Below are positions 37,943-50,347 of a DNA stretch of 64,000 nucleotides, piece by piece (within the stretch, counting starts at the first letter, position 1; the number at the start of each line of letters is the position of its first letter). The stretch spans positions 124,001 to 188,000 of the forward strand of contig NW_027117351.1 in NCBI RefSeq assembly GCF_038025025.1, in the 5' to 3' direction. A program made the translations under genes and the position numbers. The notes beneath the pieces were generated by a model that ran no database searches, was not told the origin of the DNA, and saw only the letters and a program-made list of their open reading frames with translations. The DNA comes from Phyllosticta citribraziliensis. Lineage: Eukaryota.

Positions 37943-39723
37943 TCAGTACTCCTCCTCCAACTGCGCCTGTCCCTTGACATCCTTTTTCTTCGCCCCAGCC
38001 TTGTCCTTGTTTTTGTAGTCTTTGCACTTGACGCTGACGATGCTCTGCTGGACGGGCCCGCCCTTGGGGTCAGCCTCGACGACGAGAGCGGTGAGCTTGC
38101 CGCCGCGCACGCAGCCCGAGTCGATGCCGCGCGAGTGCTTGCGGATGTTGAGGCCGCGCTTGGAGTCGTGGCCATAGACGATCGTCACTCGGTTGTCTGG
38201 GTTGGGCACGTGCGACATGAAAAAGTTCCAGTACTGAGTTTCGGGGTTAGCTGGATTCGGAAGGTGGGCACGCGACACCGTCAATGGTGGACATTTGCTT
38301 ACCTTGTCCCACGGTGCGTAATCGCGGCCCTCGCTTGGCACCTTGGTCTCCAAATCTACGCTTCGCATGTTCATCACCTGGTATGGGTCTTGTCGCTCCA
38401 GCTCGATTCCCGGGACCAAGCCGGCGTGCGCCACGACCACTTGGCCCATTCCGGGCAGCGTTCCTACGCGCAAGATGACCGGACATTGCTGCAGCCATTC
38501 AATCTGCTTGCCGTTTAATGACCGCGCCAAATTCTTGTCCTTCTTTGCGCCCGCGTTGCGCACTTCGTCCTCGGACAGCGTCTTGCTGCTGTTGGCGTCG
38601 GCGAGGGCCATTTTGAGCGATTTGTGAGTGAGGAGGACGCGATCTTCGTGGTTGCCGCGCACGCACGAAGCCTGCATGTCACGCGCAAAGTCGACGACGC
38701 CCGGCGAGTCGGGACCTTTGCTGACCATGTCGCCGGTGAGGATGAGGTGATCGGAGGTGGGGTGGAAGTTGACTTTGGCGAGGAGGTCGACAACTACGTG
38801 TGTTAGCAGTCGAAAAGTAAACCATTTGAACGCTTACGCTCGTCCTTGCAGCCATGCACATCGCCCACAAAAACAAGGCGCTGGTTATCTGCAGCAGAGC
38901 CAGGCAGCAGGCTCGGGTCTAGTTGTTTGACGTGCACCATGTCGTCAAAAGACGGGCGCGCGTTCGATCCGTAGACGCCCCAGCGCGCAGAGCCAGACAC
39001 AGCCTGGGCGAAGCTCGATTGTTCGTGCCAATATGGTTGGAGTAACCAGCGCCAGCCCAGCCAGGCAGCCACGAGAAAGCCAAGACCTATGCAGACTGTG
39101 CGCTGGACGCGGCGAGGGACGCGACGGGAGCTGTGGACGAGGAGGGTGATGACGGCGGGCGTGTACCAGTTGCGCTTCTCGGCGTAGAAGAAGTCGTCGT
39201 CGTCGCTGTCAGAGTGGAAATTCTTCTGCCACTCGTTGGTGACCATGTCTATGAGCGGGCGGCGCTGCTGGTGGTTCTGCCATTCGCGACCTTGGGCTCC
39301 AGCGGCCAGCGGAATGTCGTCATCGCTGTGGGCGTAGGAGCGGTCTTTGTCGCCAGCCATGTAGTAGGCGTCGATCGTGTGGGGCGCGGGGGAGTGGTGA
39401 GAGGCGGGAGTGGAGCGGCGGAAGCGGGCGGGATATGCGCGTGCAGGAGGACGAGAGTGTTGATGGCGTTGTTGTCGTTGTCGGGGAGAGGGAGCGGGAC
39501 GGCCGTCAGGCAAGCTGCGATGTGCGTGGTGGTAGCGGGTTTGCTGCGAGCGCGAGCCTGCTAGCGGCGCGGCATCCAGAGAGAAGGGGGTTTGAAGCAG
39601 AGACGCCGTGTCGCTTGGGCGGAACGAGTTGGCGGGATGCTGGCGAGGGTGGTAGTAGTCGTCGTCGTCGGACGTGTCCGAGTAGTAGCGATTGAAGTCG
39701 TCGTCGTCGTTGTCGTTGGCCAT
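37943..39723 (-). CDS. Calcineurin-like metallophosphoesterase with a TM anchor (Ppn2/YNL217W-like)
   Basis: GDVHG, GDMVSKGPDS, VRGNHED, VAHAG, VYGHD and GIDSGCVRGGKLTA motifs; single TM (VCIGLGFLVAAWLGW). Introns at 38794-38837 and 38234-38302. Start could be a later Met (~39360). Confidence 0.88.
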
Positions 39724-40564
39724 GGTGGTGGTCGACTGCGGTGGCCCCAAAAAGTGGAGCCTCGTCTCGAATTAGAAACACGTCAGCGTCCGTGAGCCTC
39801 AAGACGACAACCTAACCTCCCAAAAGCAATCTGCAACGACAAAAGCGAGCGTCAGGGTCAAATGCTGTGGGTTGGGCTGGATGGAGTTGGCCTGACGTCG
39901 CCGATGGTCCCGTTCCAACTGAACCACGGCTCCCGTCCGCCAAGCCAGGGGCACCAACGTGCCAGAACCCAGCCACCCACCACTCACGTCCGCCCGTTGT
40001 TTCTTCAGGGACTTGCCCTTGCTCCCTATGTTGGACACGGTACCGCATTCCTGGTTCTCAACGCTTCACCGATACCAAACCATCAAAGAGCCGTCGGGCA
40101 TCAGACTCGAGGGGCTCCCCATCCAGGCCAGAACCTGCTTGTAGCCTCAATATTCAACATCTGCCCACTGCTTGGAACATGTCCCTTTTCACCATTCACA
40201 CAGGTCCTGATTCCTGTCTTCTTCCGGGTCCTCTCCGCAACATTTCAGTCACAATATCCCTGGAAAATCAACGGCTTGGGCCTCAACCTCTGGTCTTGAC
40301 GACCAGACCTTCTTAATCTTTAGACATGTCTTGATTCTTCCACATGAGAAATAGCTCGAAAATCCTGTCAACCGGAAGATATTATTTCGTAATAGTAAAA
40401 GAGTTGCTCAACAGGCCGAAGCTGCGCCATGGATCCAAATCGACATGTTCAATGGAACAGCTGTCCATGGATGAGCAAAGAGTAACTCGAATCATGGACC
40501 CCACGCTTGTGTATGTATGAAAGTCAACGTGAATTTAGCGTACGAGCTCACGACCTGTCGCCTC

Positions 40565-40570
40565 TATAAA
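40565..40570 (+). promoter_or_regulatory. Candidate TATA box for the 40713 gene
   Basis: TATAAA about 145 nt upstream of the ATG, followed by a pyrimidine/CA-rich leader. Confidence 0.45.
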
Positions 40571-40712
40571 TTCGAGTGAGCCCCTTGGTCCCTGTGCATC
40601 CTCATCAGCCCTTCACACGAGCTTTTCTCCACTCACTTAGCCATCAAAACTACACAGTCTTTCCAGCGAGCTCCCAAGCACTACCACAAGCGAAATTTCG
40701 ATCACAATCGAC

Positions 40713-42650
40713 ATGGACACTTCCACGATGACCGGCAATGACATTTCCAGCAAGGTTCAAAGCCAGTCATGCAGCGAGGATTCAACTGAAGTGGCATTGC
40801 AGACGGAAGAAATGTTCGATGAAACATCTAGCCAGGCATCGGACGAGATATCCAGCCAATCATCCGACGAGGCGTTGAGCAGAAGCTCGTCAAGGACGAG
40901 TATGACCATCCATGATGCCGAGGATGAGGCAGAAGATGAAGAAAGTCAGGATTCGGATACGGATTCGGATACGGATTCGGATGGTACCGATTTCGACTAC
41001 TCCTACTACCACGACCGCGACTATGACAGCGAGGAAGAAGGAGAACATTATCGCGTGTACGATGACGACTACGTGGAACCAGAACTGCAGCACCCGCGCT
41101 GCATTTACCAAGACATCCGGTCGCGCTGCCTCGACATCAACCAGCAGAATAAGCTCTCCAGCGCCGCCGGCCTCGAGCTTCACAATCTCATGACCGATGC
41201 CCTCGCCAAAAACAAGATGCTTTTCGAATTCCGGCAGGCTTCACAACCATGCCGCACCCCAGACATGGCACAGGAGCAGTGGGAGCAGCAATTATCGACC
41301 ACGTATCGACGGCAAACCCAACTGCTACTCGAAGCTCTCGAAGCCGACATTGCATACTTCCGCAAAGCCCTCCGCGAAATGGTTCAAGCGTATTTTGAAA
41401 ATTACAATTCGAAAGACCCGCCGAGCACGCACGACTATGAAGAAGAAAGGGAGCGCATACACCACGAGGTCGGCGACACGCGCGCAAACATTCTCGTCGT
41501 CAGGCTCCGCGCTGACCGGCTTTTGGAAAGATTCCTCGATCTTTTCCGCCGCAAAACCCTAGTCAAAGAGGAAGACTGGGCCTGCGTTGATCAGCTCATC
41601 CCCACGTGGCGCACTCCGCATACAAGCGGTGGCAGACTATGTTCCAATGACTGGCCTGAACGGGTAACGCGGACCAACCAGGAGCGGCAAAGGACGGCCA
41701 GCGAGGCTTTTGCGCAATGGGGCTGGGAAAGAGCAAGACGAGTAAGCCGCGGTGTTGAAAGAGGCTGGTTAATGGGCCAGCGATTCATACCACTGGACGA
41801 GGCTTTCGTCGACTCTTTCATTCCCCCCTGTCTCTCGGAGCCCCTTCTCCAACACCTGTTCGGAGGCGCCGCCCCAGACGTGCGCAGCCCGGAGAACATG
41901 CTTCCGGACATTCCACTCGGCGTTCTCACAGGCGTCATGGCACCGGCCATAGCAAACGACGAGGTCCTCGACGCCAAGGGCGACAGAATAGTCATCCCAT
42001 TCGCCAGCAACAGCAGCGACAAGTGGATACACACCTCCCTGGTCAGCGACAACCTACCTTGGCTGTACACAACCGACGCGACCTTTCGCTTGAAGGAGTT
42101 CGGCACGCGCGCGTACCCTCTCAACCCGGACCGCCGCTGCGCTTTCCTCCACCTCCTCATCAACATGTTCCACGTGCGCCGGTGGGAGGAGGAATTGCCC
42201 CCGAACGAGGGGTGGTGGGCGCCGTGGCACGACCACGTCGGCGAGATGATGAAGAGCGAGCGCTGGGGGGCGACAGCATCACGACTACGGCGGTCAACGG
42301 TCCTCCAAATGGCCTCGACCATCGGGCACATCAGAGACTTTGGCGCCGAGTTCAAGGGCGGCATCGAGGAACCCAACGACGCAGGTGCCGACACCGATGC
42401 CGAGCTCGACATGCTCATCACCAACATCGTCGAGGAGCACCTCTTCCCGTCGCCGGCCGTCGTCTTCCCCGACGAGTCCAAGTACGAGCGCCTCGTCTTC
42501 GGCGAGACGGACATCGTGGCGGAGATGCAGCGTCGGAGGGCGCATTTTTGTGCGGCGGGAGCGCCGGGTGCGACCGTCAAGTGTGTTTTTGCTCACGGCA
42601 TGACGACTTACTGGTCCAGGAGGGGTTCGGAGTTGAATGTCCACTGGTAG
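40713..42650 (+). CDS. Orphan hypothetical protein, 645 aa, acidic/Ser-rich N-terminus
   Basis: Long uninterrupted ORF with C/G-ending codon bias and an upstream TATA-like element; no motif I recognise. Confidence 0.8.
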   Translation: MDTSTMTGNDISSKVQSQSCSEDSTEVALQTEEMFDETSSQASDEISSQSSDEALSRSSSRTSMTIHDAEDEAEDEESQDSDTDSDTDSDGTDFDYSYYHDRDYDSEEEGEHYRVYDDDYVEPELQHPRCIYQDIRSRCLDINQQNKLSSAAGLELHNLMTDALAKNKMLFEFRQASQPCRTPDMAQEQWEQQLSTTYRRQTQLLLEALEADIAYFRKALREMVQAYFENYNSKDPPSTHDYEEERERIHHEVGDTRANILVVRLRADRLLERFLDLFRRKTLVKEEDWACVDQLIPTWRTPHTSGGRLCSNDWPERVTRTNQERQRTASEAFAQWGWERARRVSRGVERGWLMGQRFIPLDEAFVDSFIPPCLSEPLLQHLFGGAAPDVRSPENMLPDIPLGVLTGVMAPAIANDEVLDAKGDRIVIPFASNSSDKWIHTSLVSDNLPWLYTTDATFRLKEFGTRAYPLNPDRRCAFLHLLINMFHVRRWEEELPPNEGWWAPWHDHVGEMMKSERWGATASRLRRSTVLQMASTIGHIRDFGAEFKGGIEEPNDAGADTDAELDMLITNIVEEHLFPSPAVVFPDESKYERLVFGETDIVAEMQRRRAHFCAAGAPGATVKCVFAHGMTTYWSRRGSELNVHW

Positions 42651-44152
42651 AATCTGCTTTGAGAGAAATGCTAGCAGCTTTGTGTTTTGCGAACGCCGCG
42701 CCTTGCTCCAGCACAAGTGAAGATTCCTGTGACAGTGGCCGATGGAGAGGGAGGGCAGTTCGATGGTGCCGGTGAGGTATAGACGGAGGGAGTATCAGTG
42801 TGGTCAGTCAGCCCCTCTGGAGGCTGCTTCATTGTTTGTCGTCGCCGCGAGCTAACCACTGTGAGGCGACAAGGCAAACACGCATTTTTGAACTATATAA
42901 TTTTCAAAAGTTGACCTTCTTTCACCGAACCCTCGCTCTTAGCGCCAACGTGAATTTCGTCTATGGACTGCAGCCATATGAGCTAGCACAAGTGCGAGTT
43001 CGAAGCGCGTGGTTCGCAATCTTTTTGCCGAATTTTTTGCCACTTGTCTTTCTTTTTGGGCTTCAGTCTTTTTAACACAAGGAGCGCTTTGGTGAGTGTT
43101 ACGAACTTTCCTAGCTAGAAGTGATTGTCTTGGAATTGCGCAGTGTTCTTACCGCATCTCGACCCATGCTGAAGACACGAGAAGCTTCGTCCGACCACCA
43201 ATTCGTTGCACAACCTTCCAGCTCAGTGGAATGGCACGCTGTGGGAGCGTTCGGCACCTGGTGATACCCTGCTTGGTGTTGAGTCTGCTACATGCCTCTC
43301 TAAACTTGGCTTCGAAGCTATGCGTCGGGCGCTCCCGCCCAGAGCACCGACTTGGGCACTTCTTGCGACATTTGAATTTCCTGACGCCGCCTAAAATTGC
43401 TCGCACTGTCGCGCTATCACAAAATGGAGTACATTCACTGGCCGCACTGGCCGAAAGCATGCAACACATGGTATTGATATTGAGTATCTGCTCACCGATG
43501 GCCGGTCCCTCTCCTTTCCTCCAATTATTTTCCATCGATAATCACATTGTTCTGAGTAACAAATCCAATTCAAAATAATCGTCGGTGGAGGTGGCGGCGG
43601 CTTTGCTTACGGTGTTTGGGCCTTGACGCGGCGGCGACAGCGAGGGCCATAGACATGGATCTGGCGCGCTCACGGGCAGGCTTTTGTAGCGGCAAAAAGA
43701 CATGTCGCATGAGAAGGGTTGCCCTGAAAGCTGCTGGATGCGATGGTGGACGTGATGGGGGGTCCTGGGGCTGCGCGATGGTACTTCAAAGCCCGCAAGG
43801 CATATGTAGGCGCTGGATATTTCCTTTCTGCCTTCATTGTTGATCCGGCCCAAAAAGTCCGCCTACCGGCTTAACACTTTGCTTTGCGCCCTTAGTGTTA
43901 ATCCGGTCAAAAAAGGCCGCACGCCGGCGCGCTGCTGCCCCGACACACTGTATGCGCTGGACCATTGCCCATCTCCGACCCCAGACACAACCCGCCTGGA
44001 TTCGACCTGTCCACCTTCTTCTCTCCAACCTCTCCACATCGTCCTGCCTTTCTTTTCGCATTACCACCACCGTAGGCATTTCAGACTCTGAATGCTCCAG
44101 CACCATTCTCAGAAGAAACGCTCACCACATTTGCAGTGACACGCACCTCGTC

Positions 44153-45636
44153 ATGGCAAGGACCAACAGGAAGGAAGAAGCCCTTCGCCGGCTGCGCGCA
44201 ATCGGCATCGACAACCTCATCGATGACGGTATCAAGCCGCGCGAGCGCCCCGACCCATCGAGGCCCAAACTCAGACTCAAGGTTTTCCACAGAGAGACAC
44301 CAATTCTTGCGCTTGAGGATTACGACAAAAATCTCATCCTGGCCCTGGACGAACTGGTGCAGATGCTCAATGACGACGCTAGAGTCAAGCGGCTGCTGCA
44401 CACGGCAGTGCGCACACGTCACCACAGCCACCTGTCCCACAAGAATGTGCGCGAGATTCTGTTTTCCGATGTCTCCGCTGTCCTCAAAGCCCATCGAGCT
44501 CGTGCAAATCAACTTTCGCGCGAGCGCAGTGCGGAACTTGCGCCACAAGAACAACGCCCGAGCGGGGCTGGAAGACGCCCAGATGCGCTGGATTCTGCGC
44601 ATGCTACGGCTGCAGAGGAGCTGGATGTTGACGACCATGGCGGCTACGACGTCCAAGGCACTGAAAATTTGTTCGATGAGGAAGATATGATGCAGGATGC
44701 CGATGAATATGGCGGCTATGCCGATGTCCAAGACAATGGAAATGTGCACAATGAGGAAGAGATGGCGCAGGATTCTGAAGAACATGGCGGCTATTCTGAC
44801 CTCGAAGACACTGCAAATGTTTATGATGAGGAAGAGGTGGTACAAGTTGGTGGGCAATGTGATCCAGGCACGCTCGAAGAAAGTCAGGGGGAATACCACG
44901 ACACAGTAGACGCTCATAACGAGCCATGCACGTCCGATGTCAACGACAGCGGCAACGAGGACCACGTGGTGACGATGGACGCCCAAGACAAGCCAGGCGT
45001 GACAACAGTGTTGACTACCTTCATCAACGTTGAGGAACCAGAGCCTGCTGTCAAGTACACAGACATCCAAGCCTTCATGGCGAGGGAGGGAGTTACGTGG
45101 CCCGACGTCTTCGGGTTTCCAGAAGACAACTCCAACTCCGACTATCGCTTGGACTTCGTCGCCATTTCTGTCCCTGACGAGGACGACCCGGCGGCCGAGG
45201 CTGCTTACAAGCACACTGAGTTGCTCGCCCAAAAGCTACAGCATCTTAGCAGTCACGACTCCCTTGCAGAAAGGATGGACTGGCCTATACCCCAGGTACC
45301 GGAGTCGCACTTAGAGGCTGCGTTCAACGAGGCCAAGGATGCGGCGCGCCAGGCCATGCACGAGGCTATGCGAGAGAACGGTAGCAGGGAAGCCTGCGAA
45401 AAGTCGAACGAGTGTATGATTGCCTATGACAGGGCCGAATTCGAGTGGCATCGCAACATGACGGCCCGCCTGGTGCAGATGGAGCAGTAAGTTGCCGGTT
45501 TCTTCCACCTCACCACTTTATCGCTATGATACTGATACTGACTGCTTGCGTTTTGTACAGCAAATGCGCTCATTCAGAGCACGGCTTTGTCCTTTCGCCA
45601 AAATGGAGGGAGCTTTACGAGTCTGTCCTTCCCTGA
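44153..45636 (+). CDS. Tandem-array family member 1 (~469 aa), unknown function
   Basis: Begins MARTNRKEEALRRLRAIGIDNLIDDGIKPR. Phase-2 intron 45487-45560 (GTAAGT...TACTGAC...CAG); 76-nt exon 2 encodes HKCAHSEHGFVLSPKWRELYESVLP*. Confidence 0.85.
44630..44845 (+). repeat. Three imperfect ~72-75-nt coding tandem repeats in member 1
   Basis: DDHGGY-DVQGTENLFDEEDMMQDA / DEYGGYADVQDNGNVHNEEEMAQDS / EEHGGYSDLEDTANVYDEEEVVQ. Confidence 0.85.
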
Positions 45637-47478
45637 GCCCCTGACTCAGCGCGGCTCTCCGAGTCCTTCATGCTACGCTCTGCAGAGAATGCAAGGGATG
45701 GACGTTTGGGCTCACAGGGAGCATTCATGCGCGTCAGACTACATGTACAGCAACGGAGGATTCGTACGCCGGAAGATGGGACATGGAAACTTGTGCTTGG
45801 AAGGCGAGCGGCGGTCAAGGATTGGACCAGAATTACAAAACAAAAGAGCAAAGGGACTTTGTCCGTGATACAAGGTCCTACATGCCTTTCTAGAAGAAAC
45901 TCGCGATCACAAAGCGCAGTACCCCTAGTAAATTGATTCCTTGTTGCTTTGACACTTTGCACTTCCAGTGATTGGGCTGTTTGATTACTAGCTCCACTTG
46001 TTCCTTTAGACTTGCGAAGTTTCTATCGTAAACCGTGGCATGCAATGGGCATCTTTCGCCCGTCTTCTTTTGGCAAGTCTTCCCGTCACTTCAGGTCGAA
46101 CGTTCGAAATCGAATGTCCCCCAGCATTCGCTTTGTCATGTGTTCCGCAATCGAAAGCTTGCGGCGGGGGTAGGCCTATCCATGAGGAGGATAAGGTAGT
46201 TTTGTAACTCGGCCGCGGGGATCGAGGGGCTTCCGGAAGACTCACTGTTTGTTTCCAGGTGGAATAACACCAAAGCTGCTCGCCCTCTTTGTCTCACCAT
46301 TCTGATCTCGATGCTTCCAGTCAATTGCTTATCATATCTAAGCAGCAGGACCTCATCGACCACTCCGGTCATTGCGGCTTCGTGCAGTCCCGCAATTGGC
46401 GTTGGTACCGCGCCTCCTACCGGCCAATCCGTAGCAGCAGTACATGGAAAGCTCTCAATGGAGCCTCGAATATGGTTTCGAGCTCTTTCATCTTACTTTA
46501 TCAGCTTCTCGTTGCTGAGCTGGAAGAGCATGGAACAACGAAGTCGTCATGGTGGGTCGAGGGGCTTCTGGAACACTGACCAAATTCAAGACTACGACAA
46601 AAGAGAAACATTAACCTCCTCAAGCATTTGTTTCTCTAATGCAAAAGGGTCGGCTTGATGTAGAGCGCAAAACGCTAAGGGACAAAAAATAAAGAACGAA
46701 AGGGCAAAAAGGAAATGCAGACCACGCAGTTCAAACGCGCTTTGGGACGCTTGAAGTTCAGCAGGTTTCCACACCGCCATGCCAGGTTTTCACACCAGCT
46801 CCGATGGCTCACTTAGTACGTGCCACCCTACGCGGTCTTTGGGATAAGACTCGTATTTTTGGTTTACAAACCCCCCGAAAAGGGGTCGGCCCACCATTAG
46901 GAATTTGCGCCATTGGTGTTTAGCTGCTTGAATGTTGACTTTCCCTGCTTTTTTGGACTGCTGAGAAATTCCTGCGTACATCGTACAGATACTTGCACAG
47001 CACGTTCCATCTAAGCGGTGCAGCCTCCATGGACGCGTCGTGGCACAGAGGTTTACTCAACACGTCCTGCTTGACGCGTCCCACTCAGCATGCCGTCTAA
47101 AGTTACATTTCGCTGAACGAGACGCGCTTCGCAATTTGCTGGGTGTGTGGTACCAAATGAAGATGTTTAGCCCAAATCAAATGCCTTCATAAATCGATGA
47201 TCAGTAGCCGGGAGCGATTCTTCGCCTGAGCAGGCAGCAAGAAGCAGTAATCCAGCTGCCAGTGCAACTGCGGGAAGAAAATTCCCCATCAGCCCTCGAT
47301 CTTGACTTTTCTTCCGCACCTGGTCCGTCGCCTTTTCAACTTCAACCAACCTCGCAGACCTTACGCGTCCCGACCACCTGCATCGCCTTTCATTTGCCCT
47401 TGCATCACCTCTTACATCCAAAAGTCTACGCGTAAGTCTGTTCCTCATTGCCTCTCGTGCTGCCCTGCTGTCTGAAGC

Positions 47479-48797
47479 ATGAAAATGACCTCGATTGCAG
47501 CGACAGACCACGCCGCGATGCCAAACTTGCCGGGGGCTGCGCGGGCGTCAGCTCTACGTCGACTCAACGCAGTGGGAATCGACAACCTGATTGACGACAG
47601 CATCAAGCCACGCCAGCGTTTGCAGACGGCGGCGCGACGCATAAGGGTCAAGCTGTCCCAACCCGACGCACCCGTTATTTCGATGGACGAATATGAGGAA
47701 GATTTGATTTTCATCCTGGATATACTGGCGCAGACCACCATGGACTACGACCAGGTCAAACAAGATCTGGTAGTCGAAGTGCGCTCGCGCCAACTCTCTT
47801 CCGGGCTCAACCCGTTCAAGAACGTCCGCGAGCTTCTGGTGTCGGATGTCAAAGAGGTGCTCAGGACTTACCGGGGCTGGGAAGGCCAGCCCAATGGCAC
47901 TCGAAAGAAGCGTAAAAGTCTGGAAAACGCGGCATCATCCTCTCGAAGATTGCGCCCACGGCACCGGTCAAGCCCTTCAGAGAAGGGAAAGGGCGAGAAC
48001 GATGCTGAACTTGACGAAATCGACATCCAGGAGATAGCTGAGGTCCAGAATAAGCCAAATGAGCCCAATGGAACCCCCGCTCTTCACGAGCATGGCCAAA
48101 CGCAGAACGAGCCCGACGAGTTGATGAGGGTCACCGTCTTCTATCCTATTCGCGAGACAGCGGACGCCCAGGATGACGACACGTCCCTTTCTCTCGAGAA
48201 TGTTCTGGGCCTTGCCAATAGCGCGGGCAATATGCTACATCGTACCGCCGCCAACACACGCATCAACTTCAAAGTCCTACCAGTCCAGTCCACCGACGCC
48301 GCTGCCGCCGACGCCGCATTTGGAAAAGCCGATAAACTCGTCAAGTCGCTGACACATCTTCAAAACTTAGTCCCGACGACCGGAGAGGTCATGCAGGTGC
48401 CTACGCGCAAAAGTCCTGAAGTACACTTGATGGCGGCCGTGTCTGAGGCCTGGGACACAGCGCGCCAGGCTATGCATGAGGCGGCGGCACTGAACCATCA
48501 GGACAATGATGCGGAGCTGGACCGGGCCAGAGAGGCGCACGCACAGTATGAGCGTGCCGAGTTCGAGTGGCGTCGTAACATGATGGCGCGGCTGGCACAG
48601 ATGCAGCTGTAAGTTGGTCATCAATTTGCCTCGTCCCCTTCCGTTTGCCTTACAACCGCTGCCGTCTCCGCCGCCAGCACCACTTCTGGCGAATGTGTGC
48701 TTACTATTTGCTTCTTTGTAGCAACAATGCGAATGCAACGAGCGGCCTTGTTCTTTCGCCCAAGCTCAAGGAGCTTTTCGAGCCCGTCCTGCTCTGA
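47479..48797 (+). CDS. Tandem-array family member 2 (~401 aa), unknown function
   Basis: ALRRLNAVGIDNLIDDSIKPR...KNVRELLVSDV and C-terminal YERAEFEWRRNMMARL. Intron 48609-48721; 76-nt exon 2 encodes LNNANATSGLVLSPKLKELFEPVLL*. Confidence 0.85.
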
Positions 48798-49879
48798 GCC
48801 CTTGCCCTGCCGACGTCTCTGAATATTCCTTGTGTTCAAGAGGAAAGGAAAAACATACTGTACGCTCACGAAGTACTCATGCGCATCTTACCAGAGGTAC
48901 GAGAGTAAGATCACAACGTGTCGACATAGCAAGTAAGCAAGCAGCAAACAAAGTGCACCGAAGGAAGCAGCAGTAACGATGGAATGGGCCGGAAGCAACA
49001 AAGAAAATTGTCAAGAGGGGTTTGCTTGTTCACAATGACATCATGGGCAGGGGAAAACAAAGGAATATGGCGAGGGGCTTTGATTGTGCACAATGGAATT
49101 GCAGTGGGGGCTACGATTTGCCCTCTTCTTTGATGGGGTCTTTGCTATGGTTCAGCTAGGTAGACACCTCACGATCCAAATCAAATCTTCTTTCACAAAG
49201 TCTCGAGACACTCATTGTGTTGCTTTCCGAAAGCTTATCAAGGTTGTACTTGCGTTTGGATGCTTCTAAGCGTGCCCCCTGAGCACCTAGATGTCTGGAC
49301 ACCTACTTCACTCCTTTGCACTCTGTAGCCTGTATGTGTCCTGCTACCCAAAGCCTCGGAAGAGATTCCTTTTTTGCGCCGTGCTTGTCCTTCAACTCCT
49401 GCCTCCCATACTGCATCTTCTCCCCCTTGTCTTTTGTGTCGGAATATCGCAGCAGGCTGTTGAAAGTACTCAGTGGCTCACCAGTGCCGCCGAATTCAAC
49501 AATCCCTGAAGTTCTTTTGCTGCAAAGACGAGAGAGATTAAAACATCGTAGTCGTTTTTGTGAAAGCCAACGCTACATTGTTCGACAGACGTAATTCAAA
49601 TCAACCGTATGGCCAGACCTGCAAGCCCGAGGTTTCCTGCGGTCTCTTACTTGACTTTAGCCTCCTTTTCAAACGATATCTCGGAAAATATTGCGCTGGA
49701 CTTACTCTTGGCTCGCAGTCCACGTTGGACTGCTCACAAGGACATCCAACCTCCCGCGCCCTCATGGTCTAGAAGCGCTTCTCAAAGAGCCTCAACATCC
49801 GCACCCGCAGAACCATACAGTTCCTCCTCCAGCAGAGCATCGACCAACCTTCAATGCAAAAGTGACAAGATGGGTACAA

Positions 49880-50347
49880 TCAGAGCAAGCGCCCCCGAGC
49901 CCGCATCACTTTCCGCGGGCGCTGGCACGCGTGCAAACGCGGCTCATCTCCCTCATCGCACCTGCGCTTCCGCTCCGCCGCCCTCGCAAAATTATGACGA
50001 CCAATCACGGCACCCAAATCCCTCGCCATGACCTCACGCACCCTCTGCTGCGGGTGCCGCGGATCTTCCTGCCTGGCGCGCACCTCGGCGAGGACCTGCC
50101 GCTTCAATTCCACCGAGTCGCGCATGATGCGGTGCAGGGTGTCCAGCTGGTTGATCAGCTTCGGCGGGTACGCCTCCAGCAGCAGGATGCCAGTTTCCTT
50201 GTCGTCGAGCAGGGCTTTCTTGTTTGGCCGCGCGGCGTTGGGGGCATGGCGCGGTTGGATGCTGCTGTCGAGGAGGTTTTCGATGCCGATGGCGCAGATG
50301 CGGGCCAGGGCGTCTGCGAGCTGGCGCTGCTTTTGGAGGGCTGTCAT
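49880..50347 (-). CDS. Tandem-array family member 3 (155 aa), N-domain only (truncated gene or pseudogene)
   Basis: ALARICAIGIENLLDSSIQPR...ETGILLLEAYP...RVREVMARDLGAVI, then a basic patch and a stop. No C-terminal exon found downstream. Confidence 0.7.
   Translation of the reverse strand: MTALQKQRQLADALARICAIGIENLLDSSIQPRHAPNAARPNKKALLDDKETGILLLEAYPPKLINQLDTLHRIMRDSVELKRQVLAEVRARQEDPRHPQQRVREVMARDLGAVIGRHNFARAAERKRRCDEGDEPRLHACQRPRKVMRARGRLL

Noticed and set aside
43895..44152. N-terminal extensions of array ORFs from non-ATG starts in the ORF track (also 50348-50530 and 56401-56466)
   Set aside because: Eukaryotic context; paralog alignment begins at the downstream ATGs.
45640..47400. Possible additional degenerate paralogs in the spacers (also 42.7-44.1 kb and 56.5-57.8 kb)
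   Set aside because: No D..I.PR, IL...EY or GLVLS remnants seen in the listed ORFs; a tBLASTn/HMM scan would be needed to exclude decayed copies.
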